DNA of 26,374 nt from an uncultured Candidatus Rokubacteria bacterium (GTDB taxonomy: Bacteria > Methylomirabilota > Methylomirabilia > Rokubacteriales > CSP1-6). Made by a program: the position numbers and the translations under genes. Positions within the stretch are counted from its first letter, which is position 1, and the number at the start of each line of letters is the position of its first letter. This document shows positions 1-9,595 of the stretch, piece by piece. The notes under the pieces were generated by a model. It was given only the letters and a program-made list of their open reading frames with translations, was not told the DNA's origin and made no database searches. The stretch spans positions 1-26,374 of the forward strand of contig CAWBMV010000029.1 in NCBI GenBank assembly GCA_963789955.1, read 5' to 3'.

Positions 1-829
1 GCGTTTGACCGGATACGTGGAGCGTCGCACCGGTCGAAAGGATGATGAAGAACATGACGAGATTGGAGAAGAACATCCCGGTCGCGACGTCGAGCCGCGC
101 GTCGACGAGCTCATGCGCGGTTGCGCCGCGCCGCTGCACCACGGTGCGACGGCCCTGCGCTTTCTCCGCTTCGACCTCGTGCGAGGCCTGCCAGAAGAAG
201 AGATACGGCGAGATCGTTGTCCCGAGCACGGCCACGACGGTCGTCATGTAGAACGAATCCCAATGGAAACGCGGCACGAACGTCGCGAGAGCCACCTCGT
301 GCCAGTCGGGCCGAGCCAGGAACGCGGTCACGACGTAGGCAAACAGGACAGCCGTCAGCCACTTGAGCCACTGAGCGAAGGTCGCGTAGCTCGTGTAGAT
401 CGTCGCGAGCAGAATGACGAACCCGAGCACGGGCACCGACACGACGGTCGGCACGCCAGTGAGCATGTGGGTGACTCCGGCCATGCCGGAGAGGTCGGCC
501 GCGATGTTGAAGACGTTGGCAATCAGCAGCAAGAGACACGCGACGTAGAGGAACGGGCGCGGATAGTGACGGCGGATCGCGGCGGCCAGGCCGCGGCCGC
601 TGGCGAGTCCGATCCGCGCGCAGACGAGCTGCACCGCCGCCATCAGCGGGAAGGTCGCCAGCGCCATCCAGAGCATCCCGTATCCGAGCGAGGCGCCGGC
701 GACGGAATAGGTGGTGATCCCGCTCGGATCGTCGTCCGCGGCGCCGGTCACGAGGCCCGGCCCGAGGGTCCTGAAATAGCGGACGAGCGGATTGTGACTG
801 TGCCGCTCGATCTCCTGGAGGTCACTCAT
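1..829 (-). CDS. NRAMP/SLC11-family divalent metal transporter, atypical clade (3' end runs off the window)
   Basis: Not in the ORF track; translated by hand from ATG at 829: MSDLQEIERHSHNPLVRYFRTLGPGLVTGAADDDPSGITTYSVAGASLGYGMLWMA..., later VLGTTISPYLFFWQASHEVE. These match the NRAMP TM1 and TM6 regions. Confidence 0.88.
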   Translation of the reverse strand, partial: MSDLQEIERHSHNPLVRYFRTLGPGLVTGAADDDPSGITTYSVAGASLGYGMLWMALATFPLMAAVQLVCARIGLASGRGLAAAIRRHYPRPFLYVACLLLLIANVFNIAADLSGMAGVTHMLTGVPTVVSVPVLGFVILLATIYTSYATFAQWLKWLTAVLFAYVVTAFLARPDWHEVALATFVPRFHWDSFYMTTVVAVLGTTISPYLFFWQASHEVEAEKAQGRRTVVQRRGATAHELVDARLDVATGMFFSNLVMFFIILSTGATLHVSGQT

Positions 830-908
830 GACGGCGCCTGGTTAGTTTACAGGCGCGGGGGTCGGCCGATTCGGCTAACATGGCGCGCCTGAGACAGGGG
901 GCACGCAC

Positions 909-2342
909 ATGAGCAGATTCCCAGAATACGAGCGATATGACGCGACCGGTCTGGCCGAACTCGTTCGGCGGCGACAGATCTCGCCCGGCGAGCTGCTCGA
1001 CGCCGCCATCGAGCGCGTCGAGGCGCGCAACGCCGCGGTGAACGCGCTGACGATGCCGCTCTACGACTACGGACGCGCCGCGATCGCCAAGGGCTTGCCC
1101 GACGGGCCGTTCACAGGCGTGCCCTTCCTCATGAAGGATCTCAGCGCGTCGATCGCCGGCGTGCCCATGACGCGGAGCTCGCGATTCTTCGCCGACGCGC
1201 CGGCGCCCACCGCCGACAGCGAGCACGTCGCGCGGCTCAAGCGCGCCGGGCTCGTGATCTTCGGCCGCACGAACACGTGCGAGCTCGGGCTCTCGCTCAC
1301 CTGCGAGCCTCAGATGCACGGGCCGACGAAGAATCCGTGGGACCTCACGCGCATCTCCGGCGGCTCGAGCGGCGGGGCGGCCGCGGCGGTCGGCGCGCGC
1401 ATGCTCCCGATGGCGCACGCGACCGACGGGTTCGGCTCGATCCGCGCGCCGGCCGCGTGTTGCGGGCTCGTGGGGCTCAAGCCCACGCGCGGACGCAACA
1501 CGATGGCGCCAGGCCTGGGTGAGGGCCTTGGCGGCTGCTCGATCGAGCACGCGGTGAGCCTGTCCGTGCGCGACTCCGCGGCGCTCCTCGACGCGACCTG
1601 CGGCCCGGGCGCGGGCGATCCCTACGTGGCGCCGCCGCCCGCTCGGCCGTTCCGGCAGGAAGTCGGCGCCGATCCCGGTGCGCTACGCATCGCGTTCACG
1701 AGCCTGGCGCCGAACGGCGCGAAGGTCGAGGCGGAGAGCCTGCGCGTGCTCGCCGAGGTTGCGAAGCTCTGCGGCGACCTCGGCCACCAAGTGGCCGAAG
1801 CGGATCCGGCGATCGACCGGGCCGCGGTCGTGCCGACCTTCCTCACCTTCGCCGCGGCGAATACGGTCGTGAATCTGGCGAGCCATCCCACGAAGGGCCG
1901 TTCGGCGCAGGCCACCGAGGTCGAGACCGTAACGTGGGCGACGGCGAAGCTCGGTGAGAAGCTCAGCGGCGCCGACTATGTGCGCGCGACCCAGGCCGCG
2001 CACCGGCTCGGCCGCCAGATGGCCGCGTTCCACGCCGACTGGGACGTGCTGCTCACGCCCGGCCTCGCGACGGCGCCGGCGAAGCTCGGCTGGATCGACA
2101 TGATGATGGGCGACGTCGACGAGTACTGGCGGCGCGTGTTCGCGTTCTCGCCCTTCACCGTGTGGTTCAACCTGACCGGCCAGCCGGCGATGATGTTGCC
2201 GATCGGGCGTTCGCCAGAAGGCCTGCCGATCGCGGTCCAGATCGTCGGGCGCTACGGCGACGAAGCCACCTTGTTCCGCCTCGCCGCGCAGCTCGAGGCG
2301 GCGCGCCCGTGGTTCGAGCGGAAACCGGCGCTCGCCTCGTGA
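909..2342 (+). CDS. Amidase (amidase-signature family)
   Basis: GVPFLMKD (catalytic Lys), GGSSGG and TDGFGSIR (Ser-cisSer-Lys triad), [12 protein letters not shown]-terminal FNLTGQPA; purine-rich RBS upstream. Confidence 0.95.
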   Translation: MSRFPEYERYDATGLAELVRRRQISPGELLDAAIERVEARNAAVNALTMPLYDYGRAAIAKGLPDGPFTGVPFLMKDLSASIAGVPMTRSSRFFADAPAPTADSEHVARLKRAGLVIFGRTNTCELGLSLTCEPQMHGPTKNPWDLTRISGGSSGGAAAAVGARMLPMAHATDGFGSIRAPAACCGLVGLKPTRGRNTMAPGLGEGLGGCSIEHAVSLSVRDSAALLDATCGPGAGDPYVAPPPARPFRQEVGADPGALRIAFTSLAPNGAKVEAESLRVLAEVAKLCGDLGHQVAEADPAIDRAAVVPTFLTFAAANTVVNLASHPTKGRSAQATEVETVTWATAKLGEKLSGADYVRATQAAHRLGRQMAAFHADWDVLLTPGLATAPAKLGWIDMMMGDVDEYWRRVFAFSPFTVWFNLTGQPAMMLPIGRSPEGLPIAVQIVGRYGDEATLFRLAAQLEAARPWFERKPALAS

Positions 2343-2351
2343 CCATTCGGG

Positions 2352-3218
2352 TCAGCTCGGCAGGGTGAAGCGGTAGCCGCCGCCTTCCTTCACGATGAAG
2401 CCGGGATGGGGAAAGTGCCCGGCCAGGATCAGCGTGCCCGAATCGGCATGGCGCTCGACGAACGCGCGTCGCGTGAGTCGCGCCTGGGCCGGGTCGTAGC
2501 AGAAGCGGCTCGACCACTGTGGCTCGGCGACCTGCACGGTCCGGTGCATGAGATCGCCGGAGAAGACCGCGGTACCGGCCGACGTCGTCAGCCGCACGCA
2601 GACGTGGCCGGGGGTGTGGCCGACCCACGGCTCGAAGCGGAGGTGCTCGCCGATCTTGAAGTCGCTGTCGACGAGCAGCGCCTGACCGGCCTCGACGACG
2701 GGCACCACGCTGTCGGCGATGCATCCCGACTCTTCCTTGCCGGATTCGTTCTCGAACTTCCAGAACTCCCATTCAGCGCCGGCGATCACGTACTTCGCGT
2801 TCGGGAACGTCGGAACCCAGCGCCCGTCCTGCCAGCGCGTGTTCCAGCCGACGTGATCGACGTGCAGATGGGTGCACACGACGAAGTCCACCTGCTCGGG
2901 CGTGACGCCCACCGCGGCGAGATCGTCGAGATAGGTGCCGGCCCGCATGTTCCACGCGGGGGTGAGCGTGCGAGCCTTGTCGTTGCCAACGCCGGTGTCG
3001 ATGAGGATCGTGTGACGCGGCGTCTTCACCACGTACGTCTGGATGCGCGAGGCGAGATCGCCGGTCCGCTCGTCGAAGAAGTGCGGCTTGAGCCAGCGAT
3101 GGTGGCCGGCGATGACATCGGCGCTCGAGCGGGGCAGCATGGAGGCGGTCGGAAACGACGAGCGGTCGATCTCGATCACGCGTGAAATCGTCACCTCGCC
3201 GAGCTTCATCGTTTGCAT
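2352..3218 (-). CDS. MBL-fold metallo-hydrolase
   Basis: ILIDTG, THLHVDHVG (HxHxDH), GHTPGH, SGDLMH, AGHF; GGAGG RBS before the ATG. Confidence 0.93.
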   Translation of the reverse strand: MQTMKLGEVTISRVIEIDRSSFPTASMLPRSSADVIAGHHRWLKPHFFDERTGDLASRIQTYVVKTPRHTILIDTGVGNDKARTLTPAWNMRAGTYLDDLAAVGVTPEQVDFVVCTHLHVDHVGWNTRWQDGRWVPTFPNAKYVIAGAEWEFWKFENESGKEESGCIADSVVPVVEAGQALLVDSDFKIGEHLRFEPWVGHTPGHVCVRLTTSAGTAVFSGDLMHRTVQVAEPQWSSRFCYDPAQARLTRRAFVERHADSGTLILAGHFPHPGFIVKEGGGYRFTLPS

Positions 3219-3274
3219 CGCGGCTCCTCCCCTTCTGTCGAATCACGACCTTAATACACCATACCGCCCCGTCC

Positions 3275-4336
3275 CTACTTCCCTTTCGCTCGAAGGCAGT
3301 CGCCGAGAAATGTCCTGACCATCGACCGGGACTTATCGTCGACGTCGACGCGATAGCCGATTTCGGGTGAGCCCGGGCTGGGAGGTTTCATCTGATGACC
3401 GATCTGTTTCGCCGACATCGCCCGACGAACCAGACGCGGCGGCAAGAGGAATGTCGAGCGGACGGCGCCGTCCTTATCGGAGACTGCCAGCGCCTCCAGG
3501 GGAATGGCGTCGTTGCTATCGATCGTCAGCGAATGACTCCATCCTCGAGCGGTGACGACGTCGCCCTTGCCGGCGGCTTCGTACACCGAGCCCAACACCG
3601 TCTGCTTGCCGTCGCACGAGAAATACACCATCCCTGTTCCGTCGGCCGTCGTCTGTCGACCTTGCAGCATCGTGCCGCCGGGAAATGAGGCGATGCTCCA
3701 CTCCGGAGGCTGTCTCCCGTTGTTGACGACGCCGAGCTCCTTCGCCTGTCGCTGCGACAGCACGTACATTTCGTTAGGCGCCGCCTTCACCCAGAGATCG
3801 AAGAGGCGAACATCGACGCCCATCTCTCGGGTATAGCTTTTGATCGAGGCCGAAAGCTCCGGAGCCAGATCGCGATCGCCGGTTGTCGGACCGTCTTCAA
3901 ACGATGCCCGATGCACTCCGTAGCGGGCTCCGTTGTCGTTGAAGCGATACACGCCGCCGAGGAAGGCGAGCGAGCACGCGCTGTAGCATTCGCCGGGGAG
4001 CAGCGTGCGCGAGTTGATGATATGGGTCGATGCACCGTGCTTCCGGATGACGCGGCCCAGCTGCATGCCGGCAAACAGGTTGCCTCCGGGCGAATTCAGC
4101 CAGATCGTGATCTTGCCGTCGACCGCGTCGAGTGCCTTGGAAAGTCGCGCCGGCGCATCCGCATCGATCAGGCCGTCGAGAGAGACGAGCGTCGTGTCGC
4201 TGAAGACACTCGATTCGGATCGGGGTGCGACGGTGACGGCCATCGGCGCGTTGCCATCGGCGATGGCGGCGGTCGCCGTCGTCGCCAGAGCTCCGGCCAG
4301 GAGCGCGAGGCAGGAGGCGGTCTCGCGCACGCGCAT
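3275..4336 (-). CDS. Secreted hypothetical protein with a ClpP/crotonase-like N-terminal domain
   Basis: Start moved to ATG 4336 because a GAGGAG RBS precedes it. Signal-peptide-like N-terminus; WLNSPGGNLFAGMQLG, CYSACSLAFLGG and YGVH motifs typical of periplasmic ClpP-fold proteins. Confidence 0.7.
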   Translation of the reverse strand: MRVRETASCLALLAGALATTATAAIADGNAPMAVTVAPRSESSVFSDTTLVSLDGLIDADAPARLSKALDAVDGKITIWLNSPGGNLFAGMQLGRVIRKHGASTHIINSRTLLPGECYSACSLAFLGGVYRFNDNGARYGVHRASFEDGPTTGDRDLAPELSASIKSYTREMGVDVRLFDLWVKAAPNEMYVLSQRQAKELGVVNNGRQPPEWSIASFPGGTMLQGRQTTADGTGMVYFSCDGKQTVLGSVYEAAGKGDVVTARGWSHSLTIDSNDAIPLEALAVSDKDGAVRSTFLLPPRLVRRAMSAKQIGHQMKPPSPGSPEIGYRVDVDDKSRSMVRTFLGDCLRAKGK

Positions 4337-4499
4337 CAGCGGACTCCTCGTCAGCACTTCAATAAGCACGAAGCGTGGTGTGACCGATGCCATGTTGCCA
4401 TAGTCCCGAAGCCCCGGCGGGCGGGGTGAGTTTGCGCCGTGACCTGCGCGAGAAAATCTCGGGCAGAATGAGGCACGTCATCAGCGAGCGGAGGACGAC

Positions 4500-5846
4500 G
4501 TGACGTCGACGTCCGGCAACAGCGGTGATCTGCCCCCCGGCCCTCGGGGCTTGACCCTCATCCGTGCGCTGTGGCGCATGAAGAGGAGCCGGCTGGCGTT
4601 TCTCGGTCAGATGGCGCATGACTTCGGCGGAGTCGTACGGTTCACGGTCCCGGGGCGCACGATCTATCTGGTCAGTGAGCCGCTGGCCGCTCGTCACATC
4701 CTGGTCGGGAACGTCGCCAATTACGCCAAAGGCCTGGGGCAGCGTGAGGCGACCCAGCTGCTGGGACAGGGGCTGCTCACCGCTGACAGCATCGCATGGC
4801 CTCGTCAACGGCGAGCGCTCGAGACGTTGTTCAATCCGGCGAGGATGGGCGATCTCGCGCGAAGCGTTGGTTCTGCGGTCGAACGGCTCGACGCGCACTG
4901 GGCTCGGTGTGCCAGAAGTGGAACGACGACGGAGCTGATCCGCGATGTCAAGGAAGTTGCGCTCCACATCGTGGACGACTTCCTCCTGGCGGGCGGCTTG
5001 GCACCTCGGGTCTCGGTAACGCTTTCCAGGCTCGAAGCATTCGAGCGTCTCCTCACGTCGGAAGTGCTCAACGTTGGGCCGTCGCTGCCCGATGTACCCT
5101 TCAGTCGCACCGCTCGTTTGCGCAGAATCGTCGCCGACCTTCACCGGATCATCGACGAAGTGATCGACCACTGCCGCACGGTGAGCGAAGACAACATCGT
5201 CGCGTGCATGCAACGCCATTACTCGCCGGAGCCTGACGACATCGTTCTCCGAAGCCAGGTGGCGACGTTCCTGCTCGCGGGTTACGAGACGACGGCGGCG
5301 GCGCTGGCGTGGGTCTGGTATCTGCTCGACCGATATCCTGATAAAGCCGCCAGGCTGCGCGACGAGCTCCGGGCCGAGCTCGCCGGGAGAGTGCCGGGGC
5401 TCGCCGACGTCAATCGCCTGTCTTATACGCACGCCGTCGTGCTCGAGTCGCTGCGTCTCTTCCCGCCGGTTTGGGTCTTGCCGCGCACGGCGATACACGC
5501 CGATACCGTGTCTGGTTTTGCCGTACCGCCAGGAACGGAAGTCTTGATCTCGCCGTATTTGATACATCGACGAGCTGATTTCTGGGCGGATCCCGAAAGC
5601 TTTTCACCAGAACGGTTCCTCGAAGAGCGCCTTCAACCGCAGAGCTCATACGCATATCTGCCCTTCGGAGCGGGCCCACGGGCGTGTATTGGCGCTCACA
5701 CGGCCACGGTCGGAGCGGTATTGGCCGTCGCGTCGCTTGCGCAACGATTTCGTCTGACGCGATCTGGCGGCTCTCTTCTGGCGCCTCAGGCGCAGGTGAG
5801 CCTGTTCCCGGGAGCTAGCCTCCCGATGCGCGTCCACCGGACGTAG
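4500..5846 (+). CDS. Cytochrome P450
   Basis: N-terminal LPPGP, I-helix AGYETT, K-helix ESLR (ExxR), PERF, heme motif FGAGPRACIG; GTG start after a GGAGGA RBS. Confidence 0.95.
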   Translation: MTSTSGNSGDLPPGPRGLTLIRALWRMKRSRLAFLGQMAHDFGGVVRFTVPGRTIYLVSEPLAARHILVGNVANYAKGLGQREATQLLGQGLLTADSIAWPRQRRALETLFNPARMGDLARSVGSAVERLDAHWARCARSGTTTELIRDVKEVALHIVDDFLLAGGLAPRVSVTLSRLEAFERLLTSEVLNVGPSLPDVPFSRTARLRRIVADLHRIIDEVIDHCRTVSEDNIVACMQRHYSPEPDDIVLRSQVATFLLAGYETTAAALAWVWYLLDRYPDKAARLRDELRAELAGRVPGLADVNRLSYTHAVVLESLRLFPPVWVLPRTAIHADTVSGFAVPPGTEVLISPYLIHRRADFWADPESFSPERFLEERLQPQSSYAYLPFGAGPRACIGAHTATVGAVLAVASLAQRFRLTRSGGSLLAPQAQVSLFPGASLPMRVHRT

Positions 5847-7158
5847 CCTCGAGCCATCCCATACCTTCGCGAATCACCTCGATGATCCTCGCCGCCTCAG
5901 CGTCGCTCACGACGCCGTCGATCCAGGACACGACCACGTTGTTGCGCCCCGCACAGCGATTGAAGAACACGCCGATGCCCGGCCGGGGCGGAACGACGGG
6001 GATGTGATACGCGTTGAGCACCGTGCGTCCGAAGCACTCGGCCACCGCGTACGGCCAGTCCGCGAGATCGGCGCAGTTGAAGGAGAACAGCTCGCCCCCG
6101 GTCGTCCACGGCAAGAGATGGAGCATGCGTGAGAGGGGCCGGTACTGCAGGAATTGCAGCGCGACCTGGCTGGCCTCGACCCGCCCGTCGCGAACCGCAT
6201 CAGCCATCTGGCGGCGGAGCGCACGAGCCAGCGCCGGAACGTCAGCGGTCTCGGACGACCTGAATCGCGCGAAGTGGAACGCCAGGTGGTTCCCGAACGT
6301 CGCCCCGACCTCACCCTTCGGGCGGACATCGACCGAGATCGGCAGTAGGCACGGCACGTCGGCGAGATCTCGCCGACGCCACAGCTCACTCATCGCCTTG
6401 CCGACCAGCGCCACGCGCCAGCAGATCTCTCGGGTGGTGCGCTGGTCGGCAGGGTCCGGCGCAATGAAGCTCTGCCGCCGGAAGCAGGAGCGTCCCGGCG
6501 GTAACGGCGGGCGTCCCGCGGAAACTGGCGGCACGGGCGCGAGAGTCCGAAGATATTCCAGGCTGGATCTGGCGATGCGGCTGCGCTCGAGGAACGAGCG
6601 CCGGTCTCGATCGGACACGAACTCCGGCGGGGTATCTCCCCAGGGCATCGCGTCGACATAACGATCGAGCTCGTTGAGGTGCGTCAGCAGATTCTCTCCG
6701 CCGCGCGCGTCCATCAGCGGATGAAACCATGTGAGCACGAGAACACTCGATGGCGTGGCGCGCGCGGATTGGTCGTCGACGATCAGCATACGCACGGGCG
6801 CCTCGCGCCGCGGCTCGAGCGCCACGTTCAGCTCGGTCTGGAGCTCTTGCTGAAGCTCCCCGCGGGCCGTGATCGTCACCCGGCGCAGCGGCGGCCGCGC
6901 CAGGCTCTCGCGCGGTCCGGCGGCCCAGTGCAGCTTGCCCCACGGGAACGGCCGCCGGAGCCGGGCCGCCGGCCAGGGGCACACGTCGAGAAAGCGGTCC
7001 CACGCGCGGGCGATGCGGTCGGATTCGATCGGACCGTCGCACTCGACAACGAGTATCGTGTTGTGTCCGAGTCCGACGCCATTCCATCGAGGATGATGCG
7101 CCATGAGCACGACATCGGCCCCGCGCAGGGGAAGTCGGCGCACGCGCCCCTTCCTCAT
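5815..7158 (-). CDS. Stand-alone condensation-domain / CoA-dependent acyltransferase-fold protein
   Basis: 447 aa with WFHPLMDARG (HxxxD) preceded by a beta-strand run, and LPISVDVR...FGN in the second lobe, as in the CAT/NRPS C-domain fold. Its 3' end overlaps the P450 by 32 bp. Confidence 0.7.
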   Translation of the reverse strand: MRKGRVRRLPLRGADVVLMAHHPRWNGVGLGHNTILVVECDGPIESDRIARAWDRFLDVCPWPAARLRRPFPWGKLHWAAGPRESLARPPLRRVTITARGELQQELQTELNVALEPRREAPVRMLIVDDQSARATPSSVLVLTWFHPLMDARGGENLLTHLNELDRYVDAMPWGDTPPEFVSDRDRRSFLERSRIARSSLEYLRTLAPVPPVSAGRPPLPPGRSCFRRQSFIAPDPADQRTTREICWRVALVGKAMSELWRRRDLADVPCLLPISVDVRPKGEVGATFGNHLAFHFARFRSSETADVPALARALRRQMADAVRDGRVEASQVALQFLQYRPLSRMLHLLPWTTGGELFSFNCADLADWPYAVAECFGRTVLNAYHIPVVPPRPGIGVFFNRCAGRNNVVVSWIDGVVSDAEAARIIEVIREGMGWLEATSGGRASGG

Positions 7159-7165
7159 GGTTCAT

Positions 7166-7193
7166 TTCGTAGCACACCGACGCTGCTCGTCAA
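7166..7193 (-). promoter_or_regulatory. Putative sigma70 promoter of the acyltransferase gene
   Basis: TTGACG-N16-TACGAA with an extended -10 TG, 7 nt before ATG 7158; no SD. Confidence 0.4.
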
Positions 7194-7344
7194 TCCGTTG
7201 GCACACCTGAAATGATCCTCAGGTCTGACGGATCCCGCCGGAGGGCGCGCGGGGACGAGCCGAGCGCCGCGGCGTTCCGCAGCGTACCTAACAGATCGCC
7301 CTATCCGTTAGGGTTCTGGTAGGCTGACGCCGGAAGGAGATCCT

Positions 7345-8391
7345 ATGCGCGGCGTCGTTTTCCTCGGTGGACGAAAGCTCGAGCTGCGTGAATTCCCTGA
7401 CCCGACGCCGGGGCCCGGCGAAGTCGTCGTCGCCATGAAGGCCTCGGGAATGTGCGGGAGTGATCTGCATCCCTATCGTGCCGTCGGCAACGCGGCCGCG
7501 GCGCTGGGCCTGGGCGGCACGGGGGGACCCGTCGTCGCCGGTCACGAGCCGTGCGGTGTCGTCGCCGCGCGTGGCGCCGGGGTCAGCGAGGCCGACGCGC
7601 CGACGGGCCAACGCGTGATGGTCCACCACTACAAGGGCTGCGGCCACTGCAAGCACTGCAAGGTCGGCTGGGCTCAGCTCTGCCGTCAGGGCATCGTGGT
7701 CTACGGCATGACGGGCCACGGCGGCCACGCCGCCTACATGACGGTGCCCGCGTTCACGCTCGTGCCCCTGCCCGAATCGCTCAGCTTCGAGGAGGGCGCG
7801 GCGATCTCGTGCGGCACCGGCACTGCGTACGGCGCGCTGAAGCGGTTGGACGTCTCGGGGCGCGATACGCTCGCGGTGTTCGGCCAAGGCCCCGTCGGGC
7901 TCAGCGCGACCCTGTTGGGCCGAGCGATGGGCGCCCGCGTGATCGCGATCGATGTCGCGCCCGAGCGGCTGGCGCTCGCCAGAGAGTTCGGCGCCGAGTC
8001 GGTGATCAACGCGAAGGAGACGGATCCGGTTGCGGCGTTGCGCGAGCTCACGCACGGCGAGGGTGTCGAGACCGCCATGGATTGCACGGGCAATCCGGAC
8101 GCGCGCGTGGCCGCGGTGCGGAGCGCGACCACGTGGGGGCGCGTCGCGTTCGTCGGCGAAGGCAACACCACGACCTTCGACATCAGCCAGGACATGATCC
8201 GCCGGCAGCTCACGATCCACGCCTCATGGACGTTCTCGAGCGTGGGTCAGGCCGAGTGCGCGCAATTCATCGCCGACCGCCGGGTCCCGCTCGGTCGCCT
8301 GCTGACGCACCGCTTCCGTCTCGAGCAGGCGGACGAAGCCTACCGGCTCTTCGACACGCAGACGACGGGCAAGGGTGTGTTCATGTTCTGA
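7345..8391 (+). CDS. Zinc-dependent alcohol dehydrogenase (MDR family)
   Basis: CGSDLH, GHE, structural Zn cluster CGHCKHCKVGWAQLC, GQGPVG nucleotide-binding motif; AAGGAG RBS. Confidence 0.95.
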   Translation: MRGVVFLGGRKLELREFPDPTPGPGEVVVAMKASGMCGSDLHPYRAVGNAAAALGLGGTGGPVVAGHEPCGVVAARGAGVSEADAPTGQRVMVHHYKGCGHCKHCKVGWAQLCRQGIVVYGMTGHGGHAAYMTVPAFTLVPLPESLSFEEGAAISCGTGTAYGALKRLDVSGRDTLAVFGQGPVGLSATLLGRAMGARVIAIDVAPERLALAREFGAESVINAKETDPVAALRELTHGEGVETAMDCTGNPDARVAAVRSATTWGRVAFVGEGNTTTFDISQDMIRRQLTIHASWTFSSVGQAECAQFIADRRVPLGRLLTHRFRLEQADEAYRLFDTQTTGKGVFMF

Positions 8392-8404
8392 GGCGCTCGA
8401 CACT

Positions 8405-8433
8405 GGCGCCGACGGCAGCTTCCCGTCGGCGCC
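8405..8433. terminator. GC-rich hairpin between convergent genes (possible bidirectional terminator)
   Basis: Perfect 11-bp inverted repeat GGCGCCGACGG-N7-CCGTCGGCGCC between the stops at 8391 and 8449; no U-tract. Confidence 0.55.
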
Positions 8434-8448
8434 GCGCCGCAATGATCG

Positions 8449-9489
8449 TTACCGCTTCGGCAGGACCTTCAGGATCGGCTCCAGGTTCTTCGGGTCCGGC
8501 TTGAGCTGGCCCACGCCGTAGCTGCGCACGGTCTCGACGATGGCGTCGTTGACCGGTGTCTTCACTCCGCGGTGTCGTCCCTGCTCGCAGACGTAGCCGT
8601 TCAGATAGTCGATCTCGGTGCGACGCCCGCGCATCACGTCCTGCAGCAAGGACGGGCGTCCGCCGCCGCGCCGCGCGCCCTCCGCGGCCACGTCCGCCTC
8701 GACCTCGGCGAGCCCGCGCCCCTCGTACGCGTCCACGAACCGCTGGGCGACGATGCCGTAGATCGGCTCGACCTCGAAGCCGCAGGCGCGTCCGACCTTG
8801 ACCGCCTCGCCGCCGGCGTAGATCGCGATGAGCCGCGGCTCGGGCAGGGTGCGCACCTCGGCAGTGCCGAGACCCGAGAGCCCAGCGATCGGATTCGCCA
8901 TGCAGTTCACGGCCAGCTTCGACCATCGCTCACCGAAGAGATTCGTCGTCACCTTCGTCACCGCGACGTCGCTCATGATCTTGGCCAGCTCGCGGGCGCG
9001 CTCGGTGTCCTTGCCGTCGAGCTCGCCGATCTTGAACCCGATCGCGCCGGTGTCGGTGCGCATCGCGTGGCCGGGCTCGTACATGCCGGCGCCGATCGTG
9101 ATCACGCTGCCGAGCGTGCGCTCGCGCCCCGCGATGGCCGCGACCCGCTCGTCGTTGATGCCGTTCTGGAAGTCGACCACCACGCCATTCGGCTTCTTCA
9201 GATACTGGATGCCGAGGTGCGTCGCCCACTCGGTGTCGTACGACTTCACCGAGATGAAGACCGCGTCGAACGGCTCGCCGATGGCCTGGGCCTCATAGAT
9301 ATGGAGCGCCTTCACCGGGATGATGTGATCGCCGCAGGTCCCGCTCAGGCGCAGGCCGTTCTTCCGCATCGTCTCGATGTGTGCCGGCCACTGATCGATC
9401 AGGGTCACGTCGTGCCCGGCCTTGGTCAGCATGCCGCCGACGACGCTCCCGATCGCGCCGGCCCCGATGATCCCGATTCGCATTGCCAT
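8449..9489 (-). CDS. Ketopantoate reductase family protein (PanE/ApbA)
   Basis: Start at ATG 9489 (MAMRIGIIGAGAIG, AGAGG RBS); SVKSYDT, FQNGI, WSKLAVN, SLLQDV, RTEIDYLNG motifs. Confidence 0.9.
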   Translation of the reverse strand: MAMRIGIIGAGAIGSVVGGMLTKAGHDVTLIDQWPAHIETMRKNGLRLSGTCGDHIIPVKALHIYEAQAIGEPFDAVFISVKSYDTEWATHLGIQYLKKPNGVVVDFQNGINDERVAAIAGRERTLGSVITIGAGMYEPGHAMRTDTGAIGFKIGELDGKDTERARELAKIMSDVAVTKVTTNLFGERWSKLAVNCMANPIAGLSGLGTAEVRTLPEPRLIAIYAGGEAVKVGRACGFEVEPIYGIVAQRFVDAYEGRGLAEVEADVAAEGARRGGGRPSLLQDVMRGRRTEIDYLNGYVCEQGRHRGVKTPVNDAIVETVRSYGVGQLKPDPKNLEPILKVLPKR

Positions 9490-9595
9490 GGGTCGCCTCT
9501 CTTTATAGGCGCGCCTCGGCCGGCGGGGCCCCAGCCCCGCGACGGCCTGCAGCTGCGCACTACCGTAGGGTCTGAGCATGATAACTTGAACCGCC

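Noticed and set aside
7198..7216. Sigma54-like TGGCAC before the alcohol dehydrogenase
   Set aside because: No TTGC -12 element at the required spacing.
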